A stretch of 64,000 nt of DNA, taken from the NCBI GenBank assembly GCA_963726745.1, contig CAVSDR010000006.1, positions 224,001-288,000 on the forward strand, written 5' to 3'. The notes below the pieces were generated by a model, which saw only the letters and a list, made by a program, of their open reading frames with translations, did not search any database and was not told the origin of the DNA. Each line of letters opens with the position of its first letter. The stretch's first letter is position 1. This DNA comes from an uncultured Verrucomicrobiae bacterium. GTDB lineage: Bacteria > Verrucomicrobiota > Verrucomicrobiia > Chthoniobacterales > UBA10450. Positions 51,271 through 59,761 of the stretch are shown one piece after another. The position numbers and the translations under genes are program-made.

Positions 51271-51945
51271 GTGGCCGGGCGTGGAAAAACAGTCGACAAG
51301 CCGGAGCCGCGCTGGCACGCGCTCTTCGCGCTGCTCGCCGTGACCGGGATCAACTTCGCCCTGCCCTCCTGGCTGAGCCTCGCGCCGCGCTGGGTCTTGC
51401 CGGCAGTGGTGGCGGCGCTGCTCGTTCCCTCGGTGGTGTCGCATCGCACGCGACGCTTTCACGTTAATCACCTCCTCGGTCTCGCGATTAGCGGCCTGAT
51501 CACGCTCGGGCTGCTCGGCTCGGTTGCGCTGCTCGTCGCCGGGCTCGCGGCCAATCGCGAGAAAGGGATGCCGCTGCTTATCTCCGGCGCGGAGCTGTGG
51601 CTGAGCAACGTCCTCGTCTTTGCGCTCTGGTATTGGCGGCTCGATGGCGGCGGCCCAAACGAACGCGATGAGCGCAACGAATTTGGCAGCCGCAGCTTCG
51701 TCTTCCCGCAGATGCAGGTGGAAAAAAGCGATCGCAACCACTTCGGGATTCACCAGAGCTGGCGCCCGCGCTTTCTCGATTATCTCTTCATCGCGATGAT
51801 GCAGAGCGCGACCTTCGGGCCGACCGATTCGCCCGTGCTCGCCCGTTGGGCCAAGTGCCTGATCATGCTGCAAACGCTCATCTCGCTGGTGATCGTCGTG
51901 CTGCTCATTTCGCACGCCGTCGGCGCGATCGGGCCCTCGTCTTAA
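51271..51945 (+). CDS. Membrane protein, DUF1345-like
   Basis: NVLVFALWYWRLDGGGP, FVFPQM, WRPRFLDYLF, FGPTD; several TM helices. Confidence 0.7.
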   Translation: MAGRGKTVDKPEPRWHALFALLAVTGINFALPSWLSLAPRWVLPAVVAALLVPSVVSHRTRRFHVNHLLGLAISGLITLGLLGSVALLVAGLAANREKGMPLLISGAELWLSNVLVFALWYWRLDGGGPNERDERNEFGSRSFVFPQMQVEKSDRNHFGIHQSWRPRFLDYLFIAMMQSATFGPTDSPVLARWAKCLIMLQTLISLVIVVLLISHAVGAIGPSS

Positions 51946-51949
51946 GAGA

Positions 51950-52348
51950 ATGTCGGCACCCCTGATCGTCCGTCGTTCCCGCATCAACGGGCAAGGCTGC
52001 TTCGCCGGGCAGCCTTTCCGCCGCTGGCAAAAAATCGGCGAACTCCGCGGCGAACGCATCCCGGCCCGCGAAGCCGCGCGCCGCGTGGCCCGCGGCGGAC
52101 CGGTGCGCATTTGCGAGATCGATCACCGCTGGAGCATCGATGCGAGCGTGGGCGGCGACGCCACCGCTTACATCAACCACTCGTGCGCGCCGAATTGCTT
52201 CACGCGCGTGCTGCACGGGCACATTCTCTTTTTTGCCCTGCGCGACCTCGCCGCCGGCGAGGAGATCACGCTCGATTACACCCCCTCGCAGCATCCCGGT
52301 CTCCCCTGCCGCTGCGGCGCGGCCAATTGCCCCGGAGTGATGCGATGA
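51950..52348 (+). CDS. SET-domain protein-lysine methyltransferase with post-SET
   Basis: SRINGQGCFA, YINHSCAPN, GEEITLDY, CRCGAANC. Confidence 0.9.
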   Translation: MSAPLIVRRSRINGQGCFAGQPFRRWQKIGELRGERIPAREAARRVARGGPVRICEIDHRWSIDASVGGDATAYINHSCAPNCFTRVLHGHILFFALRDLAAGEEITLDYTPSQHPGLPCRCGAANCPGVMR

Positions 52349-52704
52349 AGCGGTGCCTCCCTGTCGCGCTGCTCTGGCTCCTGATCTTGCCGGCTAAAAC
52401 CCCCGCGCAGGAAATCACCCTCGAGGAGATCACCGTGGAAACGACTTCGCCGCTTGAGCGGCCGCTCGGAAAAATAGTCGACACTTTGACGGCGCGCCTG
52501 CAGCTCGAGGGCGAAACCCGGCGCGCGCTCGAGCTGCGCGCGCTCCACCAAAATTCGCTCACGACTTTGCTTGAGCTGAGCGCCTACTCCCCGGTCTCGT
52601 TAGGCGCGAGCGACCGGCGGGTGGACACTTTTTTCCGGGAGAATGCGATGCGGCCGGACTTGAACCCACGCGAAGAGGCTTCCCTCTTTCCCCGCAGGCG
52701 CTAG
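52345..52704 (+). CDS. Hypothetical secreted protein
   Basis: ATGA overlap with the SET gene; signal peptide MKRCLPVALLWLLILPAKTPA. Confidence 0.55.
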   Translation: MKRCLPVALLWLLILPAKTPAQEITLEEITVETTSPLERPLGKIVDTLTARLQLEGETRRALELRALHQNSLTTLLELSAYSPVSLGASDRRVDTFFRENAMRPDLNPREEASLFPRRR

Positions 52705-52713
52705 ATATCGCAC

Positions 52714-53070
52714 ATGGCTCCTGTGCTCTTTCGGATGGCGGCGGCGCTCTGTTTCCTGGCGGTGGCGCTGGGCGCCTTCGGCGCGCACGGGCTCAAAGGC
52801 CTGCTGGAGACGAATGGCACGCTCGCGATCTGGGAGAAGGCGGTGCTCTACCATTTCCTCCATGCGCTCGCGCTCCTGGTGCTGGCGTTGCATCCGCTCA
52901 TCCGGCCGGGTCCATCGCTTCTGCTGCTCGCGGGGATCATCATTTTTAGCGGCAGTTTGTATCTGCTCGCGCTCACGAACGTGCGCTGGCTGGGCGCGAT
53001 CACACCGCTCGGCGGGCTCTGTTTTTTAGCCGGCTGGGCGTGGCTCGCGATCGCTCCGCCGCTGCGCTGA
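52714..53070 (+). CDS. DUF423 membrane protein
   Basis: AVALGAFGAHGL, YHFLHA, FSGSLY, LGAITPLGG. Confidence 0.9.
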   Translation: MAPVLFRMAAALCFLAVALGAFGAHGLKGLLETNGTLAIWEKAVLYHFLHALALLVLALHPLIRPGPSLLLLAGIIIFSGSLYLLALTNVRWLGAITPLGGLCFLAGWAWLAIAPPLR

Positions 53071-53189
53071 GAATCGCGGGAAAAGTGCACGCGCACTTCG
53101 CCCGGCGCATCCGTTTCTAGTGTGGCGCACTCGCGCGCCACGCGCGGCCTCGGGGGTCACGCGGGTGAAACATTAACCGGGAAAATATT

Positions 53190-53774
53190 ATGAAGATCGA
53201 TTCGTTACGAAAACTGTTGGAAGAAGAGTTGAAGGATATCTACAGCGCCGAGAAGCAGCTCCTGAAAGCGATGCCGCGGATGGCGAAAAACGCGAGCAAC
53301 GAGGACTTGAAGGCCGCGCTCGAGGAGCACATGGGAGAGACCGAAGCGCAGGTGGAACGCCTCGAGCAGGTGTTCGAGTCGCTCGGCCAGACGCCCAAGG
53401 CGAAGACCTGCAAGGCGATGCAGGGCATTATCGAGGAAGCGAAGGAAATGCTCGAAGAGGACATGGCGGATGACGTCCTCGATGCCGCGATCATCGCGGC
53501 CGCGCAAAAGGTCGAGCATTACGAGATCGCCAGCTACGGCACCGTCCGCACCTGGGCGAATTTGCTGGGTGAACACGAAGCGGCGGAGCTTCTCCAGGAG
53601 ACGCTGGATGAAGAAGGCGCTGCCGACCAGAAGCTCACGGACATCGCCGAGAGCTTCGTGAACGAGGAAGCCGAGGACGGCGACGAGGAAGACGAAGAAG
53701 CGGCGCCAGCCAAGGCGAGCGGCCGCGGTGCTTCCGCGAAGAAGAGCGGCAGCAAAGCGAAATCGCGCCGGTAG
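53190..53774 (+). CDS. YciE/YciF ferritin-like protein (DUF892)
   Basis: LKDIYSAEKQ, AAQKVEHYEIASYGT, TLDEE..ADQKLT. Confidence 0.92.
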   Translation: MKIDSLRKLLEEELKDIYSAEKQLLKAMPRMAKNASNEDLKAALEEHMGETEAQVERLEQVFESLGQTPKAKTCKAMQGIIEEAKEMLEEDMADDVLDAAIIAAAQKVEHYEIASYGTVRTWANLLGEHEAAELLQETLDEEGAADQKLTDIAESFVNEEAEDGDEEDEEAAPAKASGRGASAKKSGSKAKSRR

Positions 53775-53796
53775 CGCGCCACCTTTCGGTTTAACG

Positions 53797-53840
53797 AAAG
53801 CGCCATCGGCCGTCCGCGCGACGACGATGGCGCTTTTTGT
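53797..53840 (+). terminator. Intrinsic terminator
   Basis: AAAGCGCCATCG...CGATGGCGCTTT followed by TTGT. Confidence 0.65.
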
Positions 53841-53867
53841 TCGGCCGGGAAAATTAGCCGACAAGCT

Positions 53868-54464
53868 GTGGGCCTTAAAGAATACCAAAAGAAACGCGAT
53901 TTCGCGGTTACCGCGGAGCCGGCCGGCGGCAACGAGCGACCCAAGGCGATCAAGGGCGCCTCGCGTTTCGTGATTCAAAAACACGACGCCTCCTCGCTGC
54001 ACTACGACTTCCGGCTGCAGATGGACGGCGTGCTGAAATCGTGGGCCGTGCCGAAAGGTTTGCCGTGGAAGCAGGGCGAGAAACATCTCGCCGTGCAGGT
54101 CGAGGATCACCCGCTCGACTACGAGAGCTTCGAGGGGATCATCCCCGAAGGGCAATACGGCGGCGGCACGGTCATGCTCTGGGATCGCGGGAGCTACCGC
54201 GTTTTTGGCGGTGAGCCCTTGCCCGCCTGGAAAGCGGGCAAGCTCCATCTCCTGCTCGAAGGCGAGAAGGCCAAGGGCGAGTGGACCCTGGTGCGGACAC
54301 GCATGCAGGCGGGCAAGCCGCAGTGGCTTTTGCTCAAGACTGGCAAAAGCGTGCGCGCGCTCGGCAAAAAGCGCGACAACCAATCGGTCGCGAGCGGCCG
54401 GACGATGCACGCGATCGCGCAGGCGCGGGACGCGGAATGGCAAAGCAACCGCGCCGGGAAGTGA
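53868..54464 (+). CDS. LigD 3'-phosphoesterase (stand-alone PE domain)
   Basis: YQKKRDF..T.EP, FVIQKHDA..LHYDFRL, SWAVPKG, VEDHPLDY, YGGGTVMLWDRG. Confidence 0.92.
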   Translation: MGLKEYQKKRDFAVTAEPAGGNERPKAIKGASRFVIQKHDASSLHYDFRLQMDGVLKSWAVPKGLPWKQGEKHLAVQVEDHPLDYESFEGIIPEGQYGGGTVMLWDRGSYRVFGGEPLPAWKAGKLHLLLEGEKAKGEWTLVRTRMQAGKPQWLLLKTGKSVRALGKKRDNQSVASGRTMHAIAQARDAEWQSNRAGK

Positions 54465-55504
54465 AGCGGAAGTTCGCGCTCCCGCCGGGATTGCCCGCGG
54501 CCAAGGCGCAATTCATCGCGCCGATGAAGCCGCGCCTGCTGGAGACGCCGCCAACAGAAGGAGACTGGCTTTACGAATTGAAGTTCGACGGCATCCGCCT
54601 GGTGGCGGTGAAGCAGGGCGAGAAAGTGCTGCTTATTTCACGCAACGAAAACGATCTCTCGGGACGCTTTGCGGAGATCGCGGAAGCGGTCGCGAAGTTG
54701 CCGCCTAACGACTGCGTGCTCGATGGCGAAGTGGTCGCGCTCGATGCCGCGGGACGCTCGTCCTTCCAGCTGTTGCAGGGCCGGGAACTTCCCGGCGGAA
54801 AGGCGAGCCCGCTCCTCTTTTACGCCTTCGACTTGCTGCAGGCGGAAGGGCGTTCGCTCCTCCGGCTCCCGCTGGAGCAACGGAAGGAGTTGCTGGCTAA
54901 ACTCTGCGCGCGCGCGAAGGATCCGATTCGTTTCTCCGGCGCCATCGGGACGGACGCGGAGCCGTTGCTCGAGGAAGTGAAGCGTCGCGGGCTCGAAGGC
55001 TTGATCGGCAAACGGCGCGACTCGGTCTACGAGCCGGATCGCCGCAGCGGCGCCTGGATCAAACTCAAGGTGCTGCACGAGCAGGAATTCGTCATCGGCG
55101 GTTACACTCCGCCCGCGGGCGCGCGCCAGCACTTTGGCGCGCTCCTGGTCGGCTATTACGAAGGGCAGCGGCTCCATTTTGCTGGCAAAGTCGGCACCGG
55201 ATTCAACACCAAGCTGCTGGCCTCGCTCCATGCGCAGCTGCGGAAAGAAGCGCGCGACGATTGCCCTTTCACCGACCTGCCCTCGAAACAGGGCGGCGCC
55301 TGGGTGCAGGGAATCACGCCCGCGATGATGCGGCGGATCCACTGGGTGAACCCTGCGCTGGTGGCACAGGTGAAATTTGCCGAGTGGACCCGCGAGGCGA
55401 AGCTGCGGCAGCCGGTTTTCCTGGGGTTGCGCGAGGATAAAGACGCCCGCGAAGTGGTGCGCGAAGACGGGCCGCGCTTGGCAGCGAGAAAGGGGCGTGG
55501 ATAG
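54461..55504 (+). CDS. ligD: LigD-type ATP-dependent NHEJ DNA ligase domain
   Basis: YELKFDGIR, LDGEVV, YAFDLL, EGLIGKR, WIKLK, GKVGTGF, LRQPVFLGLREDK; GTG 54461 overlaps the upstream TGA. Confidence 0.88.
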   Translation: MKRKFALPPGLPAAKAQFIAPMKPRLLETPPTEGDWLYELKFDGIRLVAVKQGEKVLLISRNENDLSGRFAEIAEAVAKLPPNDCVLDGEVVALDAAGRSSFQLLQGRELPGGKASPLLFYAFDLLQAEGRSLLRLPLEQRKELLAKLCARAKDPIRFSGAIGTDAEPLLEEVKRRGLEGLIGKRRDSVYEPDRRSGAWIKLKVLHEQEFVIGGYTPPAGARQHFGALLVGYYEGQRLHFAGKVGTGFNTKLLASLHAQLRKEARDDCPFTDLPSKQGGAWVQGITPAMMRRIHWVNPALVAQVKFAEWTREAKLRQPVFLGLREDKDAREVVREDGPRLAARKGRG

Positions 55505-55510
55505 TGCGCC

Positions 55511-55753
55511 ATGAAAGTGAACGTAATTGTCACTCCCAAGGCCGCGGTGCTCGATCCGCAGGGCGCGGCGGTGCGCGAGGCGATGCAGCATCTCGGCCTG
55601 CCGGGCGTGCGCAGCGTGCGCATTGGAAAATTTCTTGAGATCGAGGTCGAGGGCGAACCGGCGCAGGTGGAGCCGAAACTGCGCGAGCTTTGCCGCGATC
55701 TGCTGTCCAATCCCGTGATCGAAGATTTCACCATCCAACCGCCTAACAAATGA
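55511..55753 (+). CDS. purS: FGAM synthase subunit PurS
   Basis: VLDPQG, VRIGKFLEI, LLSNPVIEDF. Confidence 0.95.
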   Translation: MKVNVIVTPKAAVLDPQGAAVREAMQHLGLPGVRSVRIGKFLEIEVEGEPAQVEPKLRELCRDLLSNPVIEDFTIQPPNK

Positions 55754-55929
55754 AAGCACTGCGTTACTTCTTCTGCATCGTCCTCCCGCCCGTGGCCGTC
55801 CTGATGACGGGACGCTTCGGCAGTTTCCTCCTCAGCCTGCTCCTGACCCTGCTCGGCTGGATCCCGGGAATTATTCACGCCGCCCTGGTGGTAAACGATT
55901 ACCACGAGGAGCAACGCGCGCGGCGATGA
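55750..55929 (+). CDS. YqaE/Pmp3-family small membrane protein (59 aa, not in the ORF track)
   Basis: MKALRYFFCIVLPPVAVLMTGRFGSFLLSLLLTLLGWIPGIIHAALVVNDYHEEQRARR*; LPP.AV and LLT.LG.IPG..HA signature; ATGA overlaps at both ends. Confidence 0.88.
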   Translation: MKALRYFFCIVLPPVAVLMTGRFGSFLLSLLLTLLGWIPGIIHAALVVNDYHEEQRARR

Positions 55930-56636
55930 AGTTCGCCGTGATCCAATTCCCGGGGTCGAATTGCGACCAGGATTGCATCGCCGCGCTCCACGGCCTCGCA
56001 GGGGCGAGCGCGGAGTTCGTCTGGCATAAGGAAACCTCGGTCGCGGGCTACGATGCGATCGTGATCCCGGGCGGGTTTTCGTATGGCGATTACCTGCGCT
56101 GCGGCGCGATCGCGCGGTTCTCGCCGATCATGCGCGCGGTCATGGAAGCGGCCCGCGCGGGCAAGCTCGTCATCGGCGTGTGCAACGGCTTCCAGATTCT
56201 CTGCGAGGCAGGCCTGCTGCCGGGCGCGCTGGTGCGGAATCGCTCGCTCCATTTTGTCTGCGAAATGGCCACCCTGCGCGTGGAGGTGGAGCGCTCGGCT
56301 TTCACTCTTGGGCTGGAAAAAGGTCGCCTGCTGCGCCTGCCGATCGCCCATGGCGAAGGCTCTTATTTTGCCGACGCCGCCACGCTCGCAGAGTTAAACG
56401 AAAACCGCCAGGTGGTCCTGCGCTACGTGGATGCGTGCGGGGAGGCCACTGCAGAGGCGAACCCGAACGGCTCGCTCGAGAACATTGCCGGCATCTCGAA
56501 TCGCGCCGGCAACGTCTTCGGCCTGATGCCGCACCCCGACCGCGCTTGCGAGGAGCGCCTGGGAAGCGCGGATGGAGCGGCCATTTTCCGCTCGATGATG
56601 CGCTCCATCACCGAGACGCCGGCGCGCGCCGCCTAA
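55926..56636 (+). CDS. purQ: FGAM synthase glutaminase subunit PurQ
   Basis: FPGSNCD, PGGFSYGDYLRCGAIA, GVCNGFQIL, AHGEG, NPNGS, LMPHP. Confidence 0.96.
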   Translation: MKFAVIQFPGSNCDQDCIAALHGLAGASAEFVWHKETSVAGYDAIVIPGGFSYGDYLRCGAIARFSPIMRAVMEAARAGKLVIGVCNGFQILCEAGLLPGALVRNRSLHFVCEMATLRVEVERSAFTLGLEKGRLLRLPIAHGEGSYFADAATLAELNENRQVVLRYVDACGEATAEANPNGSLENIAGISNRAGNVFGLMPHPDRACEERLGSADGAAIFRSMMRSITETPARAA

Positions 56637-56642
56637 CGAGTC

Positions 56643-57281
56643 GTGGCGGGCCTTTTCCTCACCGGCACCGATACGGGCGTGGGGAAAACTTTCACCGCGG
56701 CCCAGCTCCTTCGCCTGGCCCGGGCAGCCGGGCTGAGCTGCGCGGGCTACAAGCCGATCTGCTGCGGCGACCGCGATGATGCGATCCAGCTCCTGGCCGC
56801 GAGCAGCCCTGGGCTGACGCTGGAGGAAGTGAATCCGGTGTGGCTGCAGACGCCAACGGCGCCTTTTCCCGCGGCGGAAATCGAGGGCATCGCCATCGAC
56901 CGCGGGGCGCTCCTGCGACAGTGGCGGAGGCTGATGGAACGCTTCGACCTCGTGATTGTGGAAGGCGTGGGCGGTTGGCTGGTGCCAATCGCAGCCGATT
57001 ATTTAGTCAGCGACTTGGCAAAAGCGATGGCTTTGCCGGTGGTGATAGTGGCGCTGAATCGCCTTGGCTGCTTGAATCATTCGCTCCTGACCTTGCGAGC
57101 CGTCGCCGCCGATGGACTCACGGTTGCGGGATTGGTCTTGCAAACGCTGGAAGGACCTTCCGATCCCGCGAGGGCGACGAACGCGCGCGTCCTCCAGGCC
57201 ATGTCCGCAGTGCCGCTTTTGGCGCAATTGTCGGCGGAGATGGACGCTTTGCCGGCCGATTGGCAGAGACTCATTTCCTGA
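56643..57281 (+). CDS. bioD: Dethiobiotin synthase
   Basis: FLTGTDTGVGKT, YKPI, VEGVGG, LGCLNHSLLT. Confidence 0.93.
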   Translation: MAGLFLTGTDTGVGKTFTAAQLLRLARAAGLSCAGYKPICCGDRDDAIQLLAASSPGLTLEEVNPVWLQTPTAPFPAAEIEGIAIDRGALLRQWRRLMERFDLVIVEGVGGWLVPIAADYLVSDLAKAMALPVVIVALNRLGCLNHSLLTLRAVAADGLTVAGLVLQTLEGPSDPARATNARVLQAMSAVPLLAQLSAEMDALPADWQRLIS

Positions 57282-57351
57282 CACAGGAGGGTGTCAACAG
57301 TGTCACTTCGTTGACACAAGTGTAAGCATTTTGACACTTTTTGGCTGACAC
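57279..57351. promoter_or_regulatory. Array of TGACAC/GTGTCA half-sites (putative regulator or enhancer binding sites)
   Basis: TGACAC at 57279, 57312, 57332, 57346; GTGTCA at 57291, 57300; GTGTAA at 57320. Includes TGACAC-N6-GTGTCA and GTGTCA-N6-TGACAC. Confidence 0.7.
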
Positions 57352-57379
57352 TTTTCCGCCTCTCCCTCGTAAAGAGGTC

Positions 57380-57396
57380 GGGGCATCTGGTTTGCT
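57380..57396 (+). promoter_or_regulatory. Putative sigma54 (-24/-12) promoter
   Basis: GGGGCATCTGGTTTGCT: GG-N10-GC with GGCA and TTGCT, about 30 nt upstream of ATG 57426. Confidence 0.6.
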
Positions 57397-57425
57397 AAAG
57401 GGAAGTGACCCACAAACCCACAACT

Positions 57426-57902
57426 ATGCTCTTACAAAAAACCCTGCACATGAGCCAGTCGCTCTCTGAATGTAAATCCCGCCTCTCCAGCATTCAGGCC
57501 TATCGACGGCAATTCGTGATGGTGACGAAGGCCACGGTGACCTCGTCCAAGACGGTCGACTTCAGCTTCCGGGGCCCGCTGCGTTTCGAAGCGCGCACCG
57601 TCCTGCTGGCGGCGGAGAGCCACGACCCGAATGAAGTCGCTTTCGAGTCGACCGGCGGAAATATCGACATCATGGGGCTGGTTAATTTTGCCCAAGTGCG
57701 CTCGAACTGCACCGAGATCACCCTCGCGGTGCACTACGAGATCAAGAACAAGTTTTTCGCCTGGGTCGACCGGAAGTTCCATTTCGTCGACGCGTTTGTG
57801 AACTCGGAACTCCGGAGCATTCGCGCGCATTTCGAAGGGATCGCGGCCCCGGTAGTGGAGCGCCCGGCAATGCTGCCAATGCTGGAAACGGCGACCGCGT
57901 AG
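57426..57902 (+). CDS. SRPBCC/START-like domain protein
   Basis: EVAFESTGGNIDIMGLVNF...TEITLAVHYE...C-terminal helix ELRSIRAHFE fits an SRPBCC fold; start approximate. Confidence 0.6.
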   Translation: MLLQKTLHMSQSLSECKSRLSSIQAYRRQFVMVTKATVTSSKTVDFSFRGPLRFEARTVLLAAESHDPNEVAFESTGGNIDIMGLVNFAQVRSNCTEITLAVHYEIKNKFFAWVDRKFHFVDAFVNSELRSIRAHFEGIAAPVVERPAMLPMLETATA

Positions 57903-57923
57903 GACGCCATTGGAGCAGGTTTG

Positions 57924-57965
57924 GAAGGGCGTGGGGCGTGATGCTCCACGCCTTTTCGCTTTTTT
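57924..57965 (+). terminator. Intrinsic terminator between convergent genes
   Basis: GAAGGGCGTGGGGC-GTGAT-GCTCCACGCCTTTTC followed by a T-rich run. Confidence 0.7.
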
Positions 57966-57989
57966 GGCAGCCGGCTCGACCGCGAGAGT

Positions 57990-59159
57990 TCAGCCGGCAA
58001 CTCGGACCGCGCGCTTCTTGTCGAGCCGGAGGATTTGCCCGGGGCGCAGGGCCAGCGTTGCCTTGGCGTCGGGTAATTTCTCGCCGTCGAGTTGCACGCT
58101 CCCCTGCTCGATCAGCCGTCGGGCTTCGGTGCGTGATTTGGGGATGGCGAAACTCTGCGCGTAGGCCGCGGCGACGATCGTGACGGCGTCCGCCGGCTCG
58201 CTTTGGAACAACGGCAGCTCCGCCTCACTCAGGCGCCTTTCGCTGAAGCGCGCGCTCCAGTCACCCGCGGCTTTCTCTCCCGCCTCCGCGGAATGATAGA
58301 GGGCGACGATCTCCGCCCCGAGCTGCTTCTTGGCTTCAAGGGGATGCAAATCAGCCGGCAACTTCCGCAGGAGAATGAGATCGTAATACCGCGCCATGAG
58401 CTCGTCCGAAATGCTCATGATTTTCCCGAACATGTCGTTAGGCGACTCGTGCAGCCCGATGTAATTGCCGAGGCTTTTGCTCATCTTCTTGAACCCATCG
58501 AGCCCTTCCAGGATCGGGAGCAGGAGGACCACTTGCGGGGGTTTCCCCTCGCCTTTCTGGAGATCGCGGCCGACGAGAATATTGAAGAGCTGATCGGTTC
58601 CGCCGAGTTCGACGTCGGCCTCGATCATAACCGAATCCCAGCCCTGCATGATCGGGTATTGGATTTCGTGCGCGTGGATCGGCTGCTCCTGGTCGAGGCG
58701 CGCGCGGAAGTCCTCGCGCTGCAGCATCTGCTGGAGGGTGACCATGCTGTTGAGGCGGATGACGTCGCCGAAGTTCATCCGCCCGAACCATTCCCCGTTG
58801 AAAACCACCCGTGTGCGCGCCGGGTCGAGGATCTTGAAGGCTTGCTCGCGGTAGGTCTCGGCGTTGGCCAGGACCTGCTCGCGCGAAAGCTGCGGACGCG
58901 TGACCGAGCGGCCGCTGGGGTCGCCGATCATCGCGGTGTAATCGCCGATGATAAGGATGCCTTCGTGCCCTAGATCCTGGAATTGCCGAAGCTTCCGCAA
59001 GGCCAGCGCGTGGCCGAGATGGAGGTCGGGGCTGGTCGGATCGGCCCCGAGCTTGACCCGCAGCGGACGGCCTAACGAGAGCTTGGCCCGGAGTTCCTCC
59101 CGGCTGATGACCTGGGCCGTGCCCTGCAGCAGTTGGTCGAGAGACTCGTCGGATTGCAT
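57990..59159 (-). CDS. tyrS: Tyrosine--tRNA ligase
   Basis: GADPTSPDLHLGH, IGDPSGR, QGWDS, GGTDQ, KMSKS, C-terminal S4 domain. Confidence 0.97.
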   Translation of the reverse strand: MQSDESLDQLLQGTAQVISREELRAKLSLGRPLRVKLGADPTSPDLHLGHALALRKLRQFQDLGHEGILIIGDYTAMIGDPSGRSVTRPQLSREQVLANAETYREQAFKILDPARTRVVFNGEWFGRMNFGDVIRLNSMVTLQQMLQREDFRARLDQEQPIHAHEIQYPIMQGWDSVMIEADVELGGTDQLFNILVGRDLQKGEGKPPQVVLLLPILEGLDGFKKMSKSLGNYIGLHESPNDMFGKIMSISDELMARYYDLILLRKLPADLHPLEAKKQLGAEIVALYHSAEAGEKAAGDWSARFSERRLSEAELPLFQSEPADAVTIVAAAYAQSFAIPKSRTEARRLIEQGSVQLDGEKLPDAKATLALRPGQILRLDKKRAVRVAG

Positions 59160-59195
59160 GACGCGGTGCGCGAAAAACTTCCCCTCGCGCTGCGC

Positions 59196-59705
59196 CTACT
59201 TGTTCTTGTTCAAGAGCTCGCGCACTTCGTCGATGGTCAACGGGTGCGGCTGCTGGTCGAGCGCTTTCTGGCTTTTGCCGACGAAATGGGCCTGCTGGTT
59301 CCCGGCGTAGGGCCGGGTGGCGTTTTGCTTTCCGGCGTCAGGCGCCGCCCGGGTCACGAAGGCAGCAGTTGCGTAGGGCTCGTTTACTTTGGGGAGCCGG
59401 TTCCGCGAGGAGGTGTTTGCTTCCCGTGTAGCGAAACGCGACTGCGCCGTGCCGAATTCCTTTACGGGAAATTCCTGCACGCCGCCGTAGCGTTTCTCCC
59501 AGCTGCGGCGGGAGATAAAGAAAGGCTTGGTGCGCGCGGATTTGGTGAGGACATCGCCGGCGGCTTCAAATTTTTTACCCTGCTCGTTGCTCTGCAAGGT
59601 GGTGTTCGGCTTGAGCACGCGGTCGAGAAGTTTCTGCTCCTGTTGCTGGGCCCGCAGCGTGGTCGCCACGAGGGAAAACAAAGCGAGGAAGAGGAGCGGG
59701 CGCAC
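59196..59705 (-). CDS. Hypothetical secreted protein
   Basis: Signal peptide ending LRA; C-terminal PLTIDEVRELLNKNK. Confidence 0.6.
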   Translation of the reverse strand: MRPLLFLALFSLVATTLRAQQQEQKLLDRVLKPNTTLQSNEQGKKFEAAGDVLTKSARTKPFFISRRSWEKRYGGVQEFPVKEFGTAQSRFATREANTSSRNRLPKVNEPYATAAFVTRAAPDAGKQNATRPYAGNQQAHFVGKSQKALDQQPHPLTIDEVRELLNKNK

Positions 59706-59761
59706 GGGTGCGAACGTGCGAACCGCAAGGCGCCTTGTAAAGGAAAATGCTGCCTATTCCT

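Noticed and set aside
53868..55504. Prophage or mobile element around the ligase genes
   Set aside because: These are LigD NHEJ domains; no integrase, structural genes or att-like repeats were seen.
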